From the IMG/VR virus record IMGVR_UViG_3300009593_002680: a stretch of 64,000 nt of DNA, one strand, 5' to 3'. Source of the DNA: a virus. The position numbers and the translations under genes were made by a program. Positions 29,358 through 39,119 of the stretch are shown here, piece after piece. Under the pieces are notes generated by a model. It had not been told where the DNA came from and did no database searches. It saw only the letters and a program-made list of their open reading frames with translations. Every line of letters begins with the position of its first letter. Position 1 is the stretch's first letter.

Positions 29358-29712
29358 CTAACTGAATACTTCTTCTTTTAATCCTTTTTCTCAAAATATT
29401 TTGCATACTTGTAACAGGACCAAACAGTATTTCTGTTTCTTTGTTAATAAAAGTTCTTAAACAATGTCTAAATTCCATCATTTCTTGATATAAAAATACA
29501 TCTATGGGTAACATTCTATTAGATTCCCACCACCATAAATCAGCATGTTCTAGCATTAAACGTTTCTCATCATCGTTTCTACACTTCTCAATATCGTAAA
29601 AACTTATGATATGTTGGTCTTTATTTTGAACTATTCCTACAAATTCTGTGTCGTTAAATTCTAATCCTGTTAAAAATGGATATTTCTCTTGGAGTTCTTC
29701 TTGTTTAGTCAT
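29332..29712 (-). CDS. Hypothetical protein (only credible minus-strand gene)
   Basis: 126 aa; WWWESNRMLPI; minus-strand TATAAATA at 29719-29726. Confidence 0.7.
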   Translation of the reverse strand: MTKQEELQEKYPFLTGLEFNDTEFVGIVQNKDQHIISFYDIEKCRNDDEKRLMLEHADLWWWESNRMLPIDVFLYQEMMEFRHCLRTFINKETEILFGPVTSMQNILRKRIKRRSIQLVKKIPPEE

Positions 29713-29718
29713 CTTAGA

Positions 29719-29743
29719 TATTTATAAACAGTATAGATAAATA
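29719..29743. promoter_or_regulatory. Back-to-back late promoters
   Basis: TATAAATA on the - strand (29719-29726) and GATAAATA on the + strand (29736-29743). Confidence 0.7.
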
Positions 29744-29767
29744 CATATTATAAATGGAAGATAAATT

Positions 29768-30580
29768 ATGTCATTTGGCAGTAACAATACATTATACATT
29801 TTAGGAAACCCGTCAATCGACCTTGTTTTAACGTCGGACGGTATAACAGTGGACAATAGACCAATGAATCAAACTAAATTAACAATACATAAAGGATTCG
29901 ACTCGCAGTTGAACTTTCATGTAAGAAATAGAGACAGAGTATTACAAAACCTCAGTGGAAAAACATTGTATGCTAGTATTATAAACCCTAATACAAACAA
30001 GAGAGTTGTATTCAAGCAATTAACTTTAGTTAATAGTGGAACAACTGGAGAAGCAAAATTGAATTTTGTTCCAGGAGATTTAACTAACTTGTCACCGGGT
30101 TTATATCAAATTAGTATCAGTGAAAGCAGTGATAGTGGTGTAACACAAAGTCCTTTGTATGCTAACCAAAACGATAGAATTATTACAGATTTAGAAATTA
30201 GAAGTAGTTTAGAGTATGATCCTGTAGCAACACAAGAACAAACAACATTTACTGACCAAGGGTCAAACGTATTTGTTACAAGTGCTATGTATGGTAATCA
30301 GGATAATAACTTTACAAGTAGTCAACACACTATTGGTCTTTATATGACTGATTTTGTTGGTAACGTAACTATACAAGGTTCTGCTTTATCTAGTACACCA
30401 ACACAAGATAGTGATTGGTATAATATTAATGTACAAGGTGACCAAGGATCTGATGCAGTACCTTTTAGTAGTGCATTTAATGGTATAGATGCTTATAATT
30501 TCAATGTCAACACCAATTGGGTCAGGGTTAAATTCGATAAAACCTCGGGTTCTTTGGATAAAGTTTTACTAAGAAATTAG
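29768..30580 (+). CDS. Virion structural protein (beta-rich, baseplate/tail-associated)
   Basis: Late promoter; beta-rich composition. Confidence 0.55.
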   Translation: MSFGSNNTLYILGNPSIDLVLTSDGITVDNRPMNQTKLTIHKGFDSQLNFHVRNRDRVLQNLSGKTLYASIINPNTNKRVVFKQLTLVNSGTTGEAKLNFVPGDLTNLSPGLYQISISESSDSGVTQSPLYANQNDRIITDLEIRSSLEYDPVATQEQTTFTDQGSNVFVTSAMYGNQDNNFTSSQHTIGLYMTDFVGNVTIQGSALSSTPTQDSDWYNINVQGDQGSDAVPFSSAFNGIDAYNFNVNTNWVRVKFDKTSGSLDKVLLRN

Positions 30581-30608
30581 TTGACTTTATTCTAATTGGT
30601 GTTATAAT
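30581..30608 (+). promoter_or_regulatory. sigma70-like promoter for the primase-helicase operon
   Basis: TTGACT-16-TATAAT. Confidence 0.75.
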
Positions 30609-30617
30609 AGTTTTGTT

Positions 30618-31595
30618 ATGCATCATCACGAACTCGTAGACAACGTACATAGATTACTTATGGATAATTTGCCAATCAATAGTGGCAAAACTCCTAGTGG
30701 CTGGACTACATTTAATTGTCCAATGTGTACTGATAAGAGAAAACGTGGTGGTGTTATACAAAGTAATGCTAAAATAAGTTATCATTGCTTTAACTGTGGA
30801 TTTACAACTGGGTGGGCACCAAGTCCTAAACTAGGTGGTAAGTACAAAAAGTTATGTGAAACTTTGGGTGTGCCAGCAACTGACATACATAAAGTTGTTT
30901 TAGATTTAATGCGACATGCAGAAGAACTAGAAACTGAAGATAATTCAGATTATGTTTATACTGCCGCAAAGTTTGAAACTAGACAACTTCCAGAGGAAAC
31001 CTCGATTGTAGATGATTTACCTGATGACAACAAAGTAAAGCAATATGCTATACAACGTGGCTTATTAGGAAACTATCCTCTATTACATATTAACAACAGT
31101 ATGTATAATGCAAGATTAGTTGTACCTTTTATGTATAACAATCAACTAGTCGGCTGGACAGGTAGGCACATAAACCCACCCAATAAAGAAACAGCAAAAT
31201 ATCTTCTTAACATGCAAAGTGGATATGTGTTTAACATAGATAAATTTGTTGACACAGATAGAGAAGTTGTAGTTGTTGTTGAAGGCGTATTTGATGCAAT
31301 ATTAATAGATGGTATTAGTGTGTTAGGTAATGGCGTAACAGCCGAACAGGCACATTTAATAGACAAACTTAATAAACGTGTTATACTATGTCCTGATAGA
31401 GATGAAGCAGGTAAAGAACTTATTGATAAAGCAATAGAACTAGGATGGGAAATTAGTTTTCCACCTTGGAGCAGTGATTGTAAAGATGCCGCTGATGCTG
31501 TAAATAAATATGGTAGGTTACTTACTTTAGCAAGTATTATAAAACATGCTAGTAGTAATACAGTAAAGAACAAAGTAAAGGCAAAAATGTTATGA
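30618..31595 (+). CDS. DNA primase (gp61-like)
   Basis: CPMC...YHCFNC Zn domain; TOPRIM VEGVFDA...DRDEAG. Confidence 0.92.
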   Translation: MHHHELVDNVHRLLMDNLPINSGKTPSGWTTFNCPMCTDKRKRGGVIQSNAKISYHCFNCGFTTGWAPSPKLGGKYKKLCETLGVPATDIHKVVLDLMRHAEELETEDNSDYVYTAAKFETRQLPEETSIVDDLPDDNKVKQYAIQRGLLGNYPLLHINNSMYNARLVVPFMYNNQLVGWTGRHINPPNKETAKYLLNMQSGYVFNIDKFVDTDREVVVVVEGVFDAILIDGISVLGNGVTAEQAHLIDKLNKRVILCPDRDEAGKELIDKAIELGWEISFPPWSSDCKDAADAVNKYGRLLTLASIIKHASSNTVKNKVKAKML

Positions 31596-32347
31596 AGTTA
31601 TTAGTAAACGGATGTAGTTTTACAGGAGGTAATGAGGTTATACACGATGAAAGTGGAACATTAGCACCTATACCTGACTATGTTTGGTCTAACCACACAG
31701 GTGTAGATACAACTAATATAGCAATAGCAGGTAATAGTAATGATAAAATTGCTAGAACAACAATAGAGCATTTAAGTAAAAATAATTATGATGGTGTTAT
31801 TGTTCAATGGTCAGCATTGTATAGACTTGAACGTTATATAGAACAATATAAGTTATGGGGAAATATTTGTAATGTACCCGGAGTTCTGCATAAAGAAGAT
31901 ACAGTACCAAACCAAGTTGAGCAACGTGATGGGGAACAGTTGTTTGGATTGCATTTCGATAAATTTGAAGAAGACCACGGAGAAAAGTTAAATACATTAG
32001 ATAAACTACTAACGGCGGCATCTAATAACTATATTTGGCTAAACAGTGAAGTTGATTATAGAATACAGTTTATGCAAGATGTGTTGTTAATGCAATATGC
32101 ATTAGAAAAAATGGATATGCCTTATTTGTTTACTAGTATGTCTCAACATAGTCATAGCAAATTTTTAATTTGCCAAACTGACTATGAAATACTATTGAAA
32201 GATAGATTAGATATGAGCAAGTGGACTAAAAGACCACTAACACATATTGTAAGTAATGATACTAGTGCTGATGGTCATCCAAATGAACAAGGGCATAAAA
32301 AGATTGGTGCTGAATTAATGAGGGAGTTTAGAAGAGTAAATGGATAA
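31592..32347 (+). CDS. SGNH/GDSL hydrolase-like protein
   Basis: GCSFTGG, NIAIAGNSN, DGHPNEQGH. Confidence 0.7.
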   Translation: MKLLVNGCSFTGGNEVIHDESGTLAPIPDYVWSNHTGVDTTNIAIAGNSNDKIARTTIEHLSKNNYDGVIVQWSALYRLERYIEQYKLWGNICNVPGVLHKEDTVPNQVEQRDGEQLFGLHFDKFEEDHGEKLNTLDKLLTAASNNYIWLNSEVDYRIQFMQDVLLMQYALEKMDMPYLFTSMSQHSHSKFLICQTDYEILLKDRLDMSKWTKRPLTHIVSNDTSADGHPNEQGHKKIGAELMREFRRVNG

Positions 32348-33722
32348 TATAGAGAACTACACAGAAGAAATACAAGAAATGTACTTAAATTTCTTGGTAA
32401 CTGATCCTGAACTATTTGTTAGAGTAAACAATATTGTTGAACCTTATATGTTTAACAAAAGGTTTCAAGATACAATCAAATTTTTAAAACAGCATAGTGA
32501 AGAATATAGTGCTATTCCAACTATTGACCAAATTAAAGCAACAACAAATGTAGAATTAGAACGTATAGAAGGATTAACATCTAATCATTCAGATTGGTTC
32601 TTAGATAGTTTTGAAAGATTTTGCAGACACAAAGCATTAGAAAAAGCAATACTTGATAGTACAGACTTATTAGAGAAAGCAGACTATGGAGCAGTAGAGA
32701 AAAAAATTAAAGATGCAAGTCAAGTTAGTCTTGTAAAAGATTTAGGATTAGAGTATTTTGAGAATCCAAAAGAACGTTTACAATATATTAAAAGCCAAGC
32801 AGGTGCAGTTAGTACAGGTTGGAAAATGTTTGACCAAAAACTTTATGGTGGGCTGAATAGAGGAGAGATTACAATCTTTGCTGGTGGTTCTGGTGCAGGT
32901 AAAAGTTTATTCTTACAAAACTTAGGTGTTAATTGGAGTTTAGCAGGACTTAATGTAGTTTACATTAGTTTAGAATTAAGTGAACAATTAATTAGTATGC
33001 GTCTTGATGCTATGGTAAGTGAATATAGCACAAAAGAAATTATGAGAAATATGGACGATGTAGATTTAAAAGTTCGTATGAAAGGAAAAGGTGCAGGTAA
33101 GTTTAGAGTAAAACAAATGAGCAGTGGAGTAACTGCAAATGATATTAGAGCATTTGTTAGAGAGTATGAAATAAACACAGATGTAAAAGTAGATTGTATT
33201 TTAGTTGACTACTTAGACTTAATGAGTCCTATTAGTGCTAAAGTAAGTCCAGGTGATTTGTTTATTAAAGACAAGTATGTATCTGAAGAGTTGCGTAATT
33301 TAGCAATGGAATCTCAGACATTATTTGTTACAGCATCACAGTTGAATAGAGGTGCAGTAGAAGAAATAGAATTTGACCACCATCATATTGCAGGTGGTAT
33401 TAGTAAAATACAAACAGCAGATAATGTTGTAGGTATTTTTACAAGTAATGCTATGAGAGAACGTGGAAGATATCAAATACAGTTTATGAAAACACGTTCT
33501 AGTAGTGGTGTTGGTAGTAAAGTAGACTTAAAATTTAATCCTGATACACTTAGAGTAGAGGATTTAGATGAAGATGACGAAGATACACTAACAATGACAT
33601 CTGGAAACTTAATTGACCAACTAAAAAGATCCAATAGTATTAAGGCAGACGAGCCAGAAGCACAAAAAACTATCAGTACTGCATTGAACATGCAGGAGTT
33701 CATGAAGAAAAATGACCTTTAA
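32340..33722 (+). CDS. DnaB-like replicative helicase (gp41-like)
   Basis: GGSGAGKS, SLELSE, VDYLDL, ASQLNRG, QFMKTR. Confidence 0.95.
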   Translation: MDNIENYTEEIQEMYLNFLVTDPELFVRVNNIVEPYMFNKRFQDTIKFLKQHSEEYSAIPTIDQIKATTNVELERIEGLTSNHSDWFLDSFERFCRHKALEKAILDSTDLLEKADYGAVEKKIKDASQVSLVKDLGLEYFENPKERLQYIKSQAGAVSTGWKMFDQKLYGGLNRGEITIFAGGSGAGKSLFLQNLGVNWSLAGLNVVYISLELSEQLISMRLDAMVSEYSTKEIMRNMDDVDLKVRMKGKGAGKFRVKQMSSGVTANDIRAFVREYEINTDVKVDCILVDYLDLMSPISAKVSPGDLFIKDKYVSEELRNLAMESQTLFVTASQLNRGAVEEIEFDHHHIAGGISKIQTADNVVGIFTSNAMRERGRYQIQFMKTRSSSGVGSKVDLKFNPDTLRVEDLDEDDEDTLTMTSGNLIDQLKRSNSIKADEPEAQKTISTALNMQEFMKKNDL

Positions 33723-33754
33723 ATGATAAATATGCATATAAGATAGGAAATAAT

Positions 33755-34021
33755 ATGTCTATGAGAAAATCGAGGAGCATTTTAGAAGAGTTAAACTCTA
33801 TCAGTGTTGATAGAAGTCGTCATCATGTTCTCGAAAATAGAGTACAACATTTAGTTAGTAGTGCTGAAAACATTAAAGCAATTCTACGTGAATCTTATAG
33901 TCCAGAAGAAGCATTGGACTTAGAACGTAGACTAATAAACTCAATTAAATCAGGTGATTCTAAAAAATTCTCTCGTGGCATAAAGAAAGTTGTTGCGGAG
34001 AGCGAATCAAATGAGAGTTAA
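33755..34021 (+). CDS. Hypothetical late protein
   Basis: GATAAATA at 33725; 88 aa. Confidence 0.6.
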   Translation: MSMRKSRSILEELNSISVDRSRHHVLENRVQHLVSSAENIKAILRESYSPEEALDLERRLINSIKSGDSKKFSRGIKKVVAESESNES

Positions 34022-35261
34022 GGACATTATAGAAGCACCAGGTGACGGTAGAGGTAGAGCGGCAGGTTCTGCCAAAACACAATACAAAAAAGATGGTACT
34101 CCCGGAGCAGGCAGAGTAGCAAGATCCAATAACCAATTTAGAAGTGTACCAAAAGGCACTAACGATCCTAGAGGATCTGACAATCCTATGAATCCTTTAG
34201 GTGATCCAGGTAAGCAAAACCAAGCGGGTCAAGACACTAAATTTAAAAGAGCAGACCAACAAATTAATCAAAAATTTGGAAACGATGATTCATTAGCAGG
34301 TGGTTCTAGTAGAATAGCACAATTCAAAAAAGACAAAGAAGAAAAAGCAAGAATGCAAAAATCACAGACCAAAGGTGATATTGGCAGATTTGCAGATGAC
34401 CGTGCTTTATGGAAACCTGGTAAAGTTATACAACACCCAAATGGTTTAATGTATCAACTATTAGGTAAAAAAGAAGGTTGGATAGAAGTAACAGGACCTA
34501 CAGTAAATAAAAAAACAGGAGTAATAACAAAACCTGAATTGGCAAAACCAACTCCAGGCGGAAAAGCGGCTCCTATGGATAGTCAGTTAGGTAAAGACCT
34601 TAACACATTATTAAAAGATCCAAAAGCAAATATTGACCAAACTATAGGTTCTAAAATTAAAGGTGCATTACAAAAAGGCGTTGCAGGTGCGGCGGCTAAA
34701 GCAGGAATGAGCAATTTAGCATCTAAAACAAGATCCGATCCAGATGCAAGTGCGGCACAAAAAGTTGGTGCTACAGTAGGTGCTGGTATTGGTAGAGCAA
34801 TGGCAAACGTATTAAGAAGACCTAAAGGACAACCTGCACCAGATAAAAAACAAATGTCAAATGTTGGTAAATTAGACATGAAAGCATTTCAATCTAGGAT
34901 AATGAAGTCTCAAGACCCAGCAGAAAAATTGGCACTTGCAACAGATATGCTTGATAAAATTGCTGTACAAAAATCAAGAAACATAAGTGTAGAACCATAT
35001 TTAGATAGTTTAGGTCCTATGTTAAAAGCAAGTGGTTTACAAAAAACTAATGCACAAGAATACCAAGCACTTGTTACAAAAGCAAGAGGCATGAGAGAGG
35101 CGGCATTTAATTACTTTAACAAGTTAATAGAAACAGTAGGAATAACTTGGGAGCAATTAGGTTATAAAGTAGTACTTTCAGAAAACAAAGGTGATGACAT
35201 TATTTTAATTCCTACAAAAGACATCGAATTACAACAACTTAAATCATTAGCAGGAGTTTAA
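34011..35261 (+). CDS. Putative internal head protein (basic, low-complexity)
   Basis: Start re-called at 34011 (MRVKDIIE); ends ELQQLKSLAGV. Confidence 0.65.
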   Translation: MRVKDIIEAPGDGRGRAAGSAKTQYKKDGTPGAGRVARSNNQFRSVPKGTNDPRGSDNPMNPLGDPGKQNQAGQDTKFKRADQQINQKFGNDDSLAGGSSRIAQFKKDKEEKARMQKSQTKGDIGRFADDRALWKPGKVIQHPNGLMYQLLGKKEGWIEVTGPTVNKKTGVITKPELAKPTPGGKAAPMDSQLGKDLNTLLKDPKANIDQTIGSKIKGALQKGVAGAAAKAGMSNLASKTRSDPDASAAQKVGATVGAGIGRAMANVLRRPKGQPAPDKKQMSNVGKLDMKAFQSRIMKSQDPAEKLALATDMLDKIAVQKSRNISVEPYLDSLGPMLKASGLQKTNAQEYQALVTKARGMREAAFNYFNKLIETVGITWEQLGYKVVLSENKGDDIILIPTKDIELQQLKSLAGV

Positions 35262-35262
35262 T

Positions 35263-36537
35263 ATGCGAGTTCAAGAGTTCACTAAACCTCTTGTTACTCG
35301 GTTGCTAACTGAAAGTGCCGTTGTAGAAGCAGAAGGCAAAAACACCCACTTAGAACATTTGGAAGATAACATATTCAACAAAGGATATGATGGAGCCAAA
35401 GAAGCAGTAAACTATTTGTACAGTCTACATGAAATGTTAGACGGCAGTACAAACTCACCAGTATCAATGACAACAAAATGGGATGGTGCTCCAGCCATTG
35501 TAGCAGGTAAAGATCCTGAAACAGGTAAATTTTTTGTAGGTACTAAAGGAGTATTTGCACAAAAACCTAAAATTAATTTTACTGAGAAAGACATAGAAGC
35601 AAATCATCCAGGAGAAGGGTTACAAGACAAATTAAAATTAGCATTGATGACATTAAAAAAACTTAAATGGAATACAGTTGCACAAGGTGATTTTTTATTT
35701 GCAAAAGATACATTAAGTATGGATGATATAGACGGTGAAAATTATTTAACTTTTACACCTAATACTTTAACTTATGCAGTACCTTCACAAACACAATTAG
35801 CATCAGATATTGTAAAAAGCGATATTGGTATTGTATGGCATACAGAATATGTAGGCGGCCCTACACTAGCAGACACTACAGCAAAGTTTGGCTTTGATAG
35901 TAGTGTGTTAGGAACAGCACCGGGTGTTTGGCATAGAGATGCAATTATTAAAGACCTAAGTGGTACAGTAACATTTACAGCAGGTGAAAGTGCAGATATA
36001 ATGCAGGCTATTAGTATTGCAAATGATTATTTAAAAAGTATAGACGGTGAAACATTTGCATGGTTACAACAAGGAACAGATTTAATAGGTAAAAACTTTT
36101 TACTACAACTTAAAGCACATGTAAACAATGCCATTAGAGCAGGTGGATTTGAACAAGATCCAAATAAGTTTGCACAAGACTTTATACAAAAGTATGTAGA
36201 CTTTATGACTAAAGAAATAGACAAAGTAAAAACACAAAAAACTATAGATGCTAAAACAGACTTAATGGTTAAGGGAGTTGCATTTATTAGGCAACACTTA
36301 CAAGGAATAATTAGTGTATATGATTTATACTTAAAAATAATAGAAGCAAAAGTTAAAATAGTAAGAAAACTAGAACAAATAAGAGTAATGGATACATTTG
36401 TACAATCAGATGATGGTTTTGAAGTTACTGGAGAAGAAGGTTTTGTTGCTGTAGACAGAATGGGTAATGCTTTAAAAATAGTAGATAGATTAGAGTTTAG
36501 TAGATTAAACTTTGATACAGGAAAACCAGCAACATGA
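35263..36537 (+). CDS. Ligase-fold nucleotidyltransferase-like virion protein (DUF6267-like)
   Basis: HLEHLED, TKWDGAP (KxDG), QGDFLF, EGFV, LKIV. Confidence 0.65.
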   Translation: MRVQEFTKPLVTRLLTESAVVEAEGKNTHLEHLEDNIFNKGYDGAKEAVNYLYSLHEMLDGSTNSPVSMTTKWDGAPAIVAGKDPETGKFFVGTKGVFAQKPKINFTEKDIEANHPGEGLQDKLKLALMTLKKLKWNTVAQGDFLFAKDTLSMDDIDGENYLTFTPNTLTYAVPSQTQLASDIVKSDIGIVWHTEYVGGPTLADTTAKFGFDSSVLGTAPGVWHRDAIIKDLSGTVTFTAGESADIMQAISIANDYLKSIDGETFAWLQQGTDLIGKNFLLQLKAHVNNAIRAGGFEQDPNKFAQDFIQKYVDFMTKEIDKVKTQKTIDAKTDLMVKGVAFIRQHLQGIISVYDLYLKIIEAKVKIVRKLEQIRVMDTFVQSDDGFEVTGEEGFVAVDRMGNALKIVDRLEFSRLNFDTGKPAT

Positions 36538-37604
36538 ACATACCAACAGATGTAGAAAATTTTATAGGTAGACTTAATCCAATGGAAGTTGGAGTAGATA
36601 CTGTTGGCGATTATGTTATACATTATGAAGGCTTTAGTGATGAATGCAATGATGGATATGATGATGAACAAATACATCAAATTTATAAAGATGTTTATAA
36701 AGACTTCGATGAACGTTCAAATGCAAAACCAATAAAACGTGGTCATACATATGATGAATTAGGTGTTGACCATAATCCTGTGTTGTATAGCATTTATAAA
36801 AAAGAAGATGTTAAAGAAAGTAAGTTTTTACTTATTGATGAAGATTTAAGCGAAAGTAGACTGTTTAGATTTACTATGAGTTTCCAAAGATTAACTGGCA
36901 GAGATGTTTGCGACTTATTATATGCAGAAACACTTGCAACATATATGTTTGCATTAGATGAAAAACAACAAGATTATGGAACTGCATACGCAAGAAAAAC
37001 AACACAATATGGTCCTTATTCAGTATTTAGAACTAGTGCAACGGATATATACATGCTGGCTTTTGCTATTAATCAACCTGATTACAAGTCATTAAAGTTA
37101 GATCCTAAGGATAGAAGAATGTTAAACAACCTTAGTTTTAACAATAGACAGCACTATATGTTTATGAACAAAATTGCTAGATATACACCTAGTAGAAGTG
37201 ATGCTAGTTCGTACTTAATTAGATTAGAAGCACAATTAAAAATGAGTATGTCTAGACATGGTGCTCTCTTTAAGCAATTTAGAAGATTAATTTTAGATTG
37301 GCCAGATTTAAAATACAGTCAAAAGCAGTATGTTATTGCAAAACTAATGCAAATAATTAGATTAAAAGGTAAAGGTACAGAAATATTCCCACATTTGGTT
37401 GCAATGAAAACTAGTAGAAGATATGATAATGTTAAACCAGCAAAACCAACAAGCAATTTGAAAAGAGCCGCCGCTACAGTTGGTGGTGCTTATGTTGGTA
37501 GCAAGTTAGTTCCTAAACTTACTAAGAATAAATTAGGAAGTAAAACTGGTGCTGGTATAGGAGCCATTGCAGGTTATTGGGCAAGTGGACGTAAAAAAGT
37601 ATAA
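36534..37604 (+). CDS. Hypothetical virion protein with C-terminal glycine-zipper-like segment
   Basis: Internal LSES; C-terminal AAATVGGAYVG...TGAGIGAIAGYW. Confidence 0.6.
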   Translation: MNIPTDVENFIGRLNPMEVGVDTVGDYVIHYEGFSDECNDGYDDEQIHQIYKDVYKDFDERSNAKPIKRGHTYDELGVDHNPVLYSIYKKEDVKESKFLLIDEDLSESRLFRFTMSFQRLTGRDVCDLLYAETLATYMFALDEKQQDYGTAYARKTTQYGPYSVFRTSATDIYMLAFAINQPDYKSLKLDPKDRRMLNNLSFNNRQHYMFMNKIARYTPSRSDASSYLIRLEAQLKMSMSRHGALFKQFRRLILDWPDLKYSQKQYVIAKLMQIIRLKGKGTEIFPHLVAMKTSRRYDNVKPAKPTSNLKRAAATVGGAYVGSKLVPKLTKNKLGSKTGAGIGAIAGYWASGRKKV

Positions 37605-37612
37605 ATACAGTT

Positions 37613-38158
37613 ATGAGAATCAACGAAGTTTTAAATAGTAAAAATTATATCACAGAAGAAGACACTATGACTTTGGCTGATGTACAAGTTATGTATGGCG
37701 ATGATCCTGAAATGATGGCGGCTATACAAAAAGCAAAGATGTTACCAAAAATTAAAACTTGGGACCAAGCAATAGATAAAGCAAGTGCTGATATGCGTAG
37801 AAATGCTAACAAAGGTCAGCAAGCCGCACCAGATAGAAAATTTGCATCTAACAGTAGAGCAAAAGGATGGGACGATGAAACTCATGGTCATTTAAGAAAA
37901 GCAAAAGCAAAAGCCGCCGCAAAAGCACAAAAACCTATGTCAGGTGATGGCGAAACAGGTGAAATTAATAGAGCCGCTGGCACTTTCATGAAGTCTGTTG
38001 GCGATGCTATGGATACAATAAAACACGGTTCAATGGGAGACATCAATACTGCTGTAGACAGAGGAAAACACGTAGGTAAAGACGGCATGGAACTGTGGAA
38101 TGTAACGGCAAAAACAAAACGTTCTAAAGACAGAGGCGGAAACTTCGGCTCTAGATAA
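37613..38158 (+). CDS. Putative internal head protein
   Basis: TATAAATA at 37600; MRINEVL...ITEE. Confidence 0.6.
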   Translation: MRINEVLNSKNYITEEDTMTLADVQVMYGDDPEMMAAIQKAKMLPKIKTWDQAIDKASADMRRNANKGQQAAPDRKFASNSRAKGWDDETHGHLRKAKAKAAAKAQKPMSGDGETGEINRAAGTFMKSVGDAMDTIKHGSMGDINTAVDRGKHVGKDGMELWNVTAKTKRSKDRGGNFGSR

Positions 38159-38237
38159 TCAATCAAAAACATATTTTATTAACTCTATTTTATTCGATAA
38201 ATAACATTATAGTAAAACTATAGTGTAGGAGAATAGC

Positions 38238-38561
38238 ATGGCACTTACAAGAGTAAATGGTGGTGTTGAAGAAGGACAATTACTTGTTGGTTCTTTAACT
38301 CATTTAATTATAGACGAAGTTGATGGTACAGATAATATCAGTAACTTCGGATTTACAAGTGGTAACCCTGATCCGGGTGAAAAAGTTGTGCAGGCAATTT
38401 CTGTACATTGTACACCAGTTCTCATTAATTCTGCAAACGCAAGAGTAATGTATATTGGTGTTGAAGGTTCACCTAATACAACTGCAATGGCGGCGTCTAT
38501 TAATAGTGTTTTATCTCACAATAACGCAACTGTTACAGCAGGAAGTTACATTGTAGCATAA
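38238..38561 (+). CDS. Small virion protein (paralog 1)
   Basis: Own late promoter (38196) and terminator; MALTRVNGG. Confidence 0.65.
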   Translation: MALTRVNGGVEEGQLLVGSLTHLIIDEVDGTDNISNFGFTSGNPDPGEKVVQAISVHCTPVLINSANARVMYIGVEGSPNTTAMAASINSVLSHNNATVTAGSYIVA

Positions 38562-38577
38562 GTTTAATTTAAAACTG

Positions 38578-38607
38578 AAAAAGCACACCTCGAGTGTGCT
38601 TTTTTTT
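38578..38607 (+). terminator. Rho-independent terminator
   Basis: aaaaagcacac-ctcga-gtgtgcttttt plus T-run. Confidence 0.85.
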
Positions 38608-38645
38608 GATAAATAACTGCAACTATATATAATTAGGAGAATAAA

Positions 38646-39017
38646 ATGGCTCAAACTAAAGTAGCACCAACTTTCGTAGATGAAGATACATTCTTTATTG
38701 GGAAAAAAGTAACATTAATAGAAATTACTTATGCGGCGGCGGTTAATGCCAAAACAGGACCTTTATCAGCAATTCAGGCAACTCATGAAGCAATTATGGG
38801 AGCAGGTTTTAATATTTTAGGTTATGGCGCATTAACAGATACAAATACAGTATCAGCAATGATGATTGAAGGCGAATATGGAACAGATACATATGATGGA
38901 TCTAATTCAGAAACAATAGCGGCTCACTTAGAAGATGTTGTACAAGCATTAGGCACAGTAGACGGAATTAACCTCGGTGGCACAGCAATCGCGGCTAAAG
39001 CCTTTGCATTAGCATAA
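38646..39017 (+). CDS. Small virion protein (paralog 2)
   Basis: Own late promoter (38608); MAQTKVAP. Confidence 0.65.
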   Translation: MAQTKVAPTFVDEDTFFIGKKVTLIEITYAAAVNAKTGPLSAIQATHEAIMGAGFNILGYGALTDTNTVSAMMIEGEYGTDTYDGSNSETIAAHLEDVVQALGTVDGINLGGTAIAAKAFALA

Positions 39018-39035
39018 ACTAATTTTAGATAATTT

Positions 39036-39068
39036 AAAAATCCTCGACTTTGTTCGGGGATTTTTTTT
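39036..39068 (+). terminator. Rho-independent terminator
   Basis: aaaaatcctcga-ctttgt-tcggggattttt plus T-run. Confidence 0.8.
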
Positions 39069-39119
39069 GACTACATGTTCTGACAAAAGTGATAAATACA
39101 AGTTATACAGGAGACACAC

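Noticed and set aside
36027-36680. 217-aa minus-strand ORF
   Set aside because: Antisense shadow of a motif-bearing + strand gene; hydrophobic composition typical of reverse-read AT-rich codons; no RBS or promoter
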